Part shown: piece by piece, positions 56,013-64,000 of the stretch | Layout of the letters: each line of letters opens with the position of its first letter | How positions within the stretch are numbered: the stretch's first letter is position 1 | Assembly: GCA_041548785.1 (NCBI GenBank) | Contig: JBFERY010000008.1 | Location: forward strand, 3,903 to 67,902 | Direction: 5' to 3' | Origin: Oceaniferula sp. | GTDB taxonomy: Bacteria; Verrucomicrobiota; Verrucomicrobiia; Verrucomicrobiales; Akkermansiaceae | Length of the DNA: 64,000 bases | The notes under the pieces: model-generated | What the model saw: only the letters and a program-made list of their open reading frames with translations | Told to the model about the DNA's origin: nothing | Database searches by the model: none | Made by a program: the position numbers and the translations under genes

Positions 56013-56147
56013 ACTGCATGGCAAATTTCGGGTTGCCGATTGCAGGTTGTCGAGTTCAGGGCTTCGCGTTTTAAACTTTAACGCAACTCCCCCCGTCCCA
56101 TGGGGTTGTATCCAGGGTTACCAGGCACCGCACGCCCCATGCCCGCT

Positions 56148-58184
56148 ATGAAAACCCTCTCGATCACCACCCGCTGCCTGCTTGCCACAGCCATCCTCAC
56201 CACGGCCCTGCACGCCAAGCCGTTCTCCCAGGAAACCGTGCGCAGCACCAGCAACCAAATCGACCAGCTGGTGGCCGCCCACCTCCAGAAAAACAACATC
56301 AAGGCAAACCCGGTCATCGACGACGCCACCTTCGCCCGCCGCGCCTTCATCTCCATCGCGGGCCGCATCCCGACCGCCGGGGAAGCACGCTCGTTCATCA
56401 CCGGCACCCAGGAGGGGAAACGCCGCGCACTCGTCGATTCCCTGATTCACTCGAAGGGCTACGAATCGCGCATGTTCAACTTCTGGGCCGACCTACTGCG
56501 ACTCAAAACCAACGACGAGCAATACGGGGTCGGCTGGCACCTCTGGATCCGCAAAGCGGTGGAAGACAACATGCCCTACGATGCATTCGTCCACGCCATG
56601 GTCCGCTCGGAGGGGATGGCTTCTGAAAATCCGGCCGTAGGCTACTACCTGCGCGACCGCGGAATGCTCCTAGACAACATCAGCAACACCGCCCAGGTCT
56701 TCTTGGGTACCCAGATCGGCTGCGCCCAGTGCCACGACCACCCGTTCGAGGATGTGACCCAGCGCCAGTATTATGAATTTGCCGCCTTTGCCGGCGGCAC
56801 CGAATACAAGAGCGCCGACGCGCAAAACAAGCTGCGCCAGATGACCATGCATACCATGCAGGAACATGGCGCCAAGCTCAGCGACAGACGCGACAGGAAA
56901 AAGCGCAACCAAAACCGGGGTATGGCTAAAAAGACAGCCCGCGACTACGCCAGCCTCTTCAAGCACATCCGCAGGAATGCCGTGACTGACAACCCGGCCC
57001 AAAAACTCAGACTCCCGCACGACTATCAATACAACGACGGCAAACCGGGCGAGGTCGTCGAGCCGAAGACGTTTTTTGGTGCCTCCGTCGACAATGTCCC
57101 GCCCGCTGAGCGCCGCAAGGTGTTTGCCGACTGGATCACCGACCGGGACAACCCCTACTTCACCAAGGTCATCGTCAACCGCCTGTGGGCCGAGGTTTTT
57201 GGCCGCGGCATCGTCGAACCTGTGGACGACTGGTCGGAGACCACCACCGTCTCCCATCCGCAACTCATCGATTACCTCAGCAAGGTGATGATTGCCACCG
57301 ACTACGATGTGAGAGAGTTCATGCGCGTGCTCTACCACACCCGGCTCTTCGAGAGCGCTGTCACACCCAGGGAAGCCGCCATGGGCGGTAGCTACGATTT
57401 CCGCGGACCCATCCTGCGCCGCATGTCTGCCGAGGAAATCCACGACTCGTTCATCGCTCTCGAGTTTGGCAACAAGGATGACACCGTAAACCGCCGCATG
57501 AAAACCCAGTGGGAAACCTACGCCAAGGGCGTGGAGAATTTGTTCAAAATGCCGCCGGCCCAACTCATCGCACTGGACAAGGCCGCCGACGAAGCGGAGA
57601 GGAAATTATACGCCGACCGCATCGCCTCGCGCAAGCTGCGTAGCGCCATCGATCAAGCCAGGGGCGAGGGCGACAACGAGAAAGCCCGGAAGCTCCAGCG
57701 CGAACTGCGCGAGAAATACGCCTCCCTCAGACGCCAATCCAACCAACAGAGCATGCAAGGCGAGCAAGGCAGCATGGTGAACGTGGTCATGCAGCGCAAC
57801 CTGCGCGCCCGGGGCGATATCTCCATGCGCTCGTCCGAGAAAGCCGCCCCACTCAAACCCGGCACCTTCATGCGACAGTTCGGCTCCTCCGACCGCCAAG
57901 CCCCCGAGGCGTCCCATACCCAGGCATCCATCCCCCAGGTCCTTACCCTGCTCAACGGCCGCGAAGTCACCTCCATGACCGATGGCAAAGGGCTTCTGGC
58001 CCGCAGCCTGCGCGATGCCCCATCACCCGCCGGGAAATTGGATACCCTCTTTCTCTCCATTTACAGCACCCTGCCCACCACCCCTGAACGCCAGCGCTAC
58101 CAGCCCATGATGAAGTCGCCCCGCGACATCCAGACCCTCGCCAAAGCCATGCTCAACTCCAAACGCTTCCTCTTCATCCAGTAA
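56148..58184 (+). CDS. DUF1549/DUF1553 (PSCyt2/PSD1) domain protein
   Basis: Signal peptide, FARRAFISIAGRIPT, FWADLLR, CAQCHDHPF, NPYFTKVIVNRLW, RRMSAEEIHDS, NSKRFLF. Start ATG 56139 or 56148. Confidence 0.9.
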   Translation: MKTLSITTRCLLATAILTTALHAKPFSQETVRSTSNQIDQLVAAHLQKNNIKANPVIDDATFARRAFISIAGRIPTAGEARSFITGTQEGKRRALVDSLIHSKGYESRMFNFWADLLRLKTNDEQYGVGWHLWIRKAVEDNMPYDAFVHAMVRSEGMASENPAVGYYLRDRGMLLDNISNTAQVFLGTQIGCAQCHDHPFEDVTQRQYYEFAAFAGGTEYKSADAQNKLRQMTMHTMQEHGAKLSDRRDRKKRNQNRGMAKKTARDYASLFKHIRRNAVTDNPAQKLRLPHDYQYNDGKPGEVVEPKTFFGASVDNVPPAERRKVFADWITDRDNPYFTKVIVNRLWAEVFGRGIVEPVDDWSETTTVSHPQLIDYLSKVMIATDYDVREFMRVLYHTRLFESAVTPREAAMGGSYDFRGPILRRMSAEEIHDSFIALEFGNKDDTVNRRMKTQWETYAKGVENLFKMPPAQLIALDKAADEAERKLYADRIASRKLRSAIDQARGEGDNEKARKLQRELREKYASLRRQSNQQSMQGEQGSMVNVVMQRNLRARGDISMRSSEKAAPLKPGTFMRQFGSSDRQAPEASHTQASIPQVLTLLNGREVTSMTDGKGLLARSLRDAPSPAGKLDTLFLSIYSTLPTTPERQRYQPMMKSPRDIQTLAKAMLNSKRFLFIQ

Positions 58185-58212
58185 CATGACCGTCCCGGTC
58201 ATGACCAAACCC

Positions 58213-58293
58213 CCGCCGCCCCAGCGGCGCAAGATTTCCCATTTCCCATTTCCCATTTCCCATTTCCCAATTTGCTAACCCCCAATCTCCCAT
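58213..58293 (+). repeat. Hairpin core CCGCCGCCCCAGCGGCG + (CCCATTT) x4 + degenerate units ending in the ATG of the DUF1501 gene
   Basis: Core at 58213-29; perfect units at 58238-58265; then CCCAATT, TGCTAAC, CCCCAAT, CTCCCAT+G. Confidence 0.9.
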
Positions 58294-59608
58294 GCAGCAT
58301 TCAAAACTCGACGACCTCTCCCGCCGCGGCTTCCTCGCCGGCACCGCCAAAACATGCTTTGGCCTGACCATCGGCGGCTCGGCAGCGAGCTTTTTTTCCT
58401 CGCAAACAGCAGCCGCGGACACCGCCATGCTGGCTGCCGGCGGCGGCAAGGCGAAGAGCGTGATCTACCTGTTCATGTCCGGCGGCATGACCCACATCGA
58501 CACCCTCGACCCCAAACCCGGCGCCAGCTCCGATGTCCGGGGCGAAACCAAAGCCATCGGTACGAATGTCGATGGCATCCAGCTCGGTCACTGCCTCCCC
58601 GGGCTCGCCAAACACATGGACAAAGTCGCGCTGATCCGCTCCATGACCACCACCCAGGGTGCCCACCAGCAAGGCCAGTATTACATGCGCACCGGCTACG
58701 CCCCGCGCTCCAGCATCGTGCACCCGGCGCCCGGCGCCTGGACCAACCGCCTGATGGAAGACACCGGCAAGGACATGCCCGACTACATCACCGTGAACTG
58801 CGGCAGCTCCCACCCCGGCGCCGGATTCATGGAGGCCAAATACGCCCCGCTCCCCATCGGCGACGCCATGGCCGGGCTGCAAAACAGCCGCCCAGCCCAC
58901 AACACCCATGACGAGCAGTTCCACAAACAACTCGACCTGCGCCAACAACTCGACTTCGAGTTCGATCAGAAGTTTGCCAAAGGTCAAAAAGAGGTGCGCG
59001 ACTACAACGAGGCATTCAACGCCGCCGTCAAGCTGATGAAATCCAAGGACCTCGAAGCCTTCGACCTCAGCCAGGAGGGCAAGGACGCACACGTGCTTTA
59101 CGGCCCCAGCCGGTTCGGCAAAGGTGTCCTGCTCGCCCGCCGACTGGTCGAGCGCGGCGTCCGCTTCATCGAGGTCGAATACAGCGGCTTCGACTGGCAC
59201 AACGACAACTTCGGCGAAATGGAAGCCAAGATGCCCGCCCTCGACCAGGCCCTCGCCGCCCTGCTCACCGACCTCAACATCAAAGGCCTGCTCGACTCCA
59301 CCCTGGTCGTGCTCGCCACCGAATTCGGCCGGTCCCCGAAAATTAACGGCAACGCCGGCCGCAACCACTACCCAAGAGCCTTCTCCACCCTCATGGCCGG
59401 CGGCGGCATCAAGGGCGGCCAGGTCTACGGCGCCACCGACAAGACAGCGAGCAGCGTCACAGAGAACAAAGTCACCGCCCCCGACTTCAACGCCACCATC
59501 GGCCACGCCCTCGGCATCCCGCACCAGCAAATCATCTACTCCCCCTCCAAACGCCCCTTCCGCATGGGCAACCGCGAAGGCAAACCGCTCACCAAGCTGT
59601 TTACCTAG
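58292..59608 (+). CDS. DUF1501 domain protein, Tat-exported
   Basis: SRRGFL twin-arginine motif, LFMSGGMTHIDTLDPK, LLARRLVERGVRF, WHND, TEFGRSP, GGGIKGG. Confidence 0.92.
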   Translation: MQHSKLDDLSRRGFLAGTAKTCFGLTIGGSAASFFSSQTAAADTAMLAAGGGKAKSVIYLFMSGGMTHIDTLDPKPGASSDVRGETKAIGTNVDGIQLGHCLPGLAKHMDKVALIRSMTTTQGAHQQGQYYMRTGYAPRSSIVHPAPGAWTNRLMEDTGKDMPDYITVNCGSSHPGAGFMEAKYAPLPIGDAMAGLQNSRPAHNTHDEQFHKQLDLRQQLDFEFDQKFAKGQKEVRDYNEAFNAAVKLMKSKDLEAFDLSQEGKDAHVLYGPSRFGKGVLLARRLVERGVRFIEVEYSGFDWHNDNFGEMEAKMPALDQALAALLTDLNIKGLLDSTLVVLATEFGRSPKINGNAGRNHYPRAFSTLMAGGGIKGGQVYGATDKTASSVTENKVTAPDFNATIGHALGIPHQQIIYSPSKRPFRMGNREGKPLTKLFT

Positions 59609-59667
59609 CTGTTTACCTAGCGAGGCAGGGACGGTTTTCCAAACCATCCGGCGGTCCATCCGGCGGT
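59597..59667. repeat. Two independent perfect 12-bp tandem duplications
   Basis: CTGTTTACCTAG x2 (59597-59620, includes the stop codon) and CCATCCGGCGGT x2 (59644-59667). Confidence 0.85.
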
Positions 59668-59747
59668 GTGACCATTACGGGAAAAAATCAAGCCGCGCCG
59701 CGCCCCAATGCAGTGTCGGCCAGGGCCAGCAAACAGGTGAAAACAAC

Positions 59748-59775
59748 AACGGGTCACACTTTCGTGTAACCCGTT
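59748..59775 (-). terminator. Hairpin with GAAA tetraloop downstream of tRNA-Leu
   Basis: Minus strand AACGGGT-T-ACAC-GAAA-GTGT-G-ACCCGTT followed by GTTGTTTT. Confidence 0.65.
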
Positions 59776-59788
59776 TATAATGAATAGA

Positions 59789-59871
59789 TACCGGGAACAG
59801 GGGTCGAACCTGCACGCCCTAGGGGCACTAGATCCTAAATCTAGCGTGTCTACCAATTCCACCATCCCGGC
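59789..59871 (-). tRNA. tRNA-Leu (anticodon TAG), CCA not encoded
   Basis: GCCGGGA acceptor stem, GGTAGAC D-loop, CTAGA-TTTAGGA-TCTAG anticodon arm, long variable arm, GGTTCGACCC T-arm. Confidence 0.97.
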
Positions 59872-59965
59872 TTGGAACGAGCGGACTATAGTGAAACGCC
59901 GGATTATGGCAACGGGTTTCTTTCCCGAAATGGGCGACCTGGTGCCGTGGGGAGTCTTTGATCCG

Positions 59966-61258
<1,293 letters not shown>

Positions 61259-61326
61259 ACCAGGTCTCTGGTCGCGCTCATCCTGATACCTTGATCCGCG
61301 GTTGGCAAGACTGCAGAACGGGGAGT

Positions 61327-61436
61327 TGGAAATCGGAAATCGGAAATGGGGGAGGACGCCGCTGGGGCGGCGGAAATCAGTAATCAGTAATCAGTAATCA
61401 GTAATCAGCAATAAGTAATCAGCAATCAGCAATCAG
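61327..61436 (-). repeat. Hairpin core between two heptamer arrays: (CTGATTR)-type x9, core, then CCCATTT/CCGATTT
   Basis: (TAATCAG/CAATCAG) x9 at 61374-61436; the reverse complement of the 17-bp core at 61357-61373; GGAAATC x2 and GGAAATG at 61328-61348. Confidence 0.92.
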
Positions 61437-61487
61437 TATGTGGACCCTACATATCAAACCCAGTCACTGAGAACCTCCCGAAGGGGA

Positions 61488-61964
61488 TCAGGGAGAGTCC
61501 ATGACGTAATCCAGCATCATGCTCTGAAGAAAGAGGTAAAAGCGGTTCCGGAAGTAGGCGCTGCGCAGTGCCGGCTCCAGGGTATCGAGCTCCCCGGGCG
61601 CGCCCTCGATCTTGTCCTCGAGTGCGTCCAACTGGTAGCGCGCCTCCAGCGACAGGCGGGCCTGGTTGATGGCACCGTACCATTTTTCCGCTTGCGCGGG
61701 GGTGATAAAAACCCCGCGTTCATTGTGGGCGCGGGCGTGCTCGACGGCGGCGGCCACATAACGGCACTGGCTGTTGAAATTTTGCTCGAGGTCCGGCACC
61801 ACATACTGCTCCCACTCGCTGTCGGAATCCATCAGGTCAGCCAGCGACTCGGCGAGGTGGGCGGGTCGCCCGACATCGGCACAGACCAGCTCGAGCTCAT
61901 GCCAGTCGGCGTCGGATTCCGGCAGGATACACAGTCCACCGTCAAGTGTCGGCAGTACGTTCAT
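61488..61964 (-). CDS. DUF2017-like protein
   Basis: WYGAINQARLSL motif, acidic; ATGA overlap with clpS supports the start at 61964. Confidence 0.7.
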   Translation of the reverse strand: MNVLPTLDGGLCILPESDADWHELELVCADVGRPAHLAESLADLMDSDSEWEQYVVPDLEQNFNSQCRYVAAAVEHARAHNERGVFITPAQAEKWYGAINQARLSLEARYQLDALEDKIEGAPGELDTLEPALRSAYFRNRFYLFLQSMMLDYVMDSP

Positions 61965-62254
61965 GAGGATTTTTCCATCTTGGTTTGCAGTTGCCACCCG
62001 TGCAGTTGCTGGACGTAGAACTCCGCCTTCTCGCGACCGCCGGTCCAGACGATGGAGCGGCCCTGGGTATGGACTTCCATCATCAGGGTCTCGGCACGCT
62101 GCTGGGGGTAGCCAAAGACGCGCTTGAAAACCATCGTCACGTAGGCCTGCAGATTTACCGGGTCATCCAGCACCACCACATTCCACGGCACATCCCTCTG
62201 TGTCCTGGGCTTGAGCTTGGGCTTTTTCCGGGTGGTGGGGTTTGGGGCAGGCAT
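61961..62254 (-). CDS. clpS: ATP-dependent Clp protease adaptor ClpS
   Basis: WNVVVLDDPVN, VFKRVFGY, MMEVHTQGRSIV, LQTKME. Start ATG 62254. Confidence 0.93.
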   Translation of the reverse strand: MPAPNPTTRKKPKLKPRTQRDVPWNVVVLDDPVNLQAYVTMVFKRVFGYPQQRAETLMMEVHTQGRSIVWTGGREKAEFYVQQLHGWQLQTKMEKSS

Positions 62255-62343
62255 GGGAGAGAGAGGCGTGGGGGAGAGAGACGGCAGTATGCGGTCGCAC
62301 GATGGAATATTGAAGTAAAAACGTGCGGCGTCCACCCATTCTG

Positions 62344-63891
62344 TCAGCGCAGTTCACGAAAGGCCATTCCCAGCCAGTTAGATACATCGCCCGCGGTCAG
62401 CGATTGTGGGGATGCCTGCCCGTGGCTGAGCGCCAATTCGGCCGCCCGGCCGCAAAGCCAGGCGCCGAGGCGGGCGGCATCGAGCTGCGCCAGCCCCTGG
62501 CCCAGCAATGCCGCGATGACCCCGGTAAGGACGTCCCCCTGGCCGCCGGAGGCCATCGCGGCATTGCCCGTGCCATTGACGTAGACGGGAGCACCGCTCC
62601 CGGCGATCAAACTCCGGGCGCCCTTGAGCAGGAGGGTTACACCCACATGGCGGGAGGTAAAGGCGCGGCATGCCTCGAGCCGGGACATCCCGGCCAGGTC
62701 GGGAAACAGGCGTGCCATTTCCCCCGGGTGCGGGGTGAGCGTCATGCGCGGGCGCAAGTGGTTCGCCACAGCACCGGCCGCGATCCGGTTGAGGGCATCG
62801 GCATCGACCACCAGCGGACCGTCAAATTGTTCCAACAGCGCGAAGAACTCCCTGTTGGCATCCTCGTCCCCCGGGCCCATCCCCGGACCCACAGCGAGGA
62901 CGTCGAGGACGCCGTGCTGCCCATCGGCAATTTCCTGCAGCGAGCGCACGGGCCGCAACATCGCCTCAGGCGGCAGCATGGCCGCCAGTGTCGGATAGAG
63001 ATCCTCCTCTGTAAAAAGTGTGACCAACCCGGCACCGGCGCGCAGGGCACCCCGGGCACAGAGAACCGCAGCTCCTAACATACCACGCGATCCGGCAAGG
63101 ATACCCACCCGGCCGGCATCACCTTTGTGAAAATCATGGGGCCGCCGCGCCAGCAGACCGCGCAGGCTGTGGATGTCACTGAGGCAGGGTCGGCCATCCG
63201 CGCCGTCCGGAACAGCCAACTCCGCCAAGGGCACCCTCTCGATGGCACCTGTGTAATTGACCGCGGCCGGAGCCAACAAACCGACCTTGGGCACGCCCAC
63301 GGTCAGGGTGAGGTCGGCAACCACGGCACCATCGCAGGCCACCCCGGTATCGCCATTGACGCCGGAGGGGATGTCCATGGCGATGACCTCCGCGCCGTGG
63401 CGGTCGCGGGCGTGATTGATCCAAGCCGCCAGTTCGTCCAGCGGCGCACGCAGGGGGCCGCGCGCGCCGATGCCCAGCAAACCATCTAACAAAATAAGCG
63501 GGCAACTTCCGCAAGCATCCGGATCGATCTCCGCATCCAGATCCTGGCTGCCCCCATCCTGGGTGACCGACTCGCCGAGTTCTCTCCATTTTTTCCGAGG
63601 CAGTGCACTGAGGCTTGTCCGGGAGTGGTGGCATTTGACACCGACCCGCCATCCGGCGTCGGCGAGATGGCGCAGGGCAACGAGGGCGTCGCCCCCGTTA
63701 TTTCCTGATCCGATACAGGCGATGGCCATACCGGAACGGGCTGGAAGGGAGCGGGCTGAAGCCGGGTAGCGACGGAGAATGGCGCGCGCGATTCCGAGGC
63801 CCGCCTTTTCCATCAAATCCTCTGCGCTGGCCCCCTGTTTGAAGGCCACTTCCTCAAGCCGCTGCATTTCTGCGCATGTAAGACTTCTCAT
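62344..63891 (-). CDS. nnr: Bifunctional NAD(P)H-hydrate epimerase/dehydratase (YjeF/Nnr)
   Basis: LMEKAG, GSGNNGGD, DGLLGIG, MDIPSG, HKGDAG, VVDADAL, TPHPGEM, LLKG, MASGGQGDVLTG. Confidence 0.95.
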   Translation of the reverse strand: MRSLTCAEMQRLEEVAFKQGASAEDLMEKAGLGIARAILRRYPASARSLPARSGMAIACIGSGNNGGDALVALRHLADAGWRVGVKCHHSRTSLSALPRKKWRELGESVTQDGGSQDLDAEIDPDACGSCPLILLDGLLGIGARGPLRAPLDELAAWINHARDRHGAEVIAMDIPSGVNGDTGVACDGAVVADLTLTVGVPKVGLLAPAAVNYTGAIERVPLAELAVPDGADGRPCLSDIHSLRGLLARRPHDFHKGDAGRVGILAGSRGMLGAAVLCARGALRAGAGLVTLFTEEDLYPTLAAMLPPEAMLRPVRSLQEIADGQHGVLDVLAVGPGMGPGDEDANREFFALLEQFDGPLVVDADALNRIAAGAVANHLRPRMTLTPHPGEMARLFPDLAGMSRLEACRAFTSRHVGVTLLLKGARSLIAGSGAPVYVNGTGNAAMASGGQGDVLTGVIAALLGQGLAQLDAARLGAWLCGRAAELALSHGQASPQSLTAGDVSNWLGMAFRELR

Positions 63892-64000
63892 AACTTACAG
63901 TGCAACCAAAGCACGGATGATCCCACTTGAACAGTCATCTTAACGAAATGATGGGTTTTTAGGGTTGGGGGAAATAGTCAGAGGAGGCGGTTAAACTCTA

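Overview
A 64-kb, GC-rich bacterial chromosomal window, probably Verrucomicrobiota. This is an inference from the MurC-MurB fusion, the DUF1549/DUF1553 + DUF1501 pair, the Planctomycete-type cytochrome c domain and the permease-DtxR fusion. Content is mostly housekeeping. In order: 3' end of mfd; a giant single-chain pyruvate:ferredoxin oxidoreductase; a heme/cytochrome c maturation cluster (hemW, TPR, lipoprotein, resB-like, ccsA, hemE, hemN); a RAYT-type HUH transposase; purH; a Chlamydia ytgABCD-like metal ABC operon; a cobalamin riboswitch-led B12 uptake operon; rpsM-rpsK-rpsD; lysA; trmB; an orphan pilin; rnr; tRNA-Val; a beta-CASP nuclease; a partial dcw cluster; a SWIM-SNF2 helicase; an AspT transporter; tRNA-Leu; hemL; clpS; nnr. 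No CRISPR array, prophage or defence island is visible. The most unusual signal is non-coding. A conserved small GC hairpin (CCGCCGCCCCAGCGGCG) recurs at three intergenic loci, each time attached to heptamer tandem arrays such as (CCCATTT)n and (TAATCAG)n, and two of the arrays run into a start codon. Degenerate heptamer tracts occur elsewhere, and a related motif sits beside the palindrome upstream of the RAYT. Other notable features: a perfect 22-bp palindrome upstream of the permease-DtxR fusion operon, DnaA boxes over the predicted murG promoter, degenerate direct repeats flanking the RAYT, and a Cys-rich B12 receptor with a signal-less BtuF paralogue. All annotation is by motif recognition and manual reading; no searches were run.
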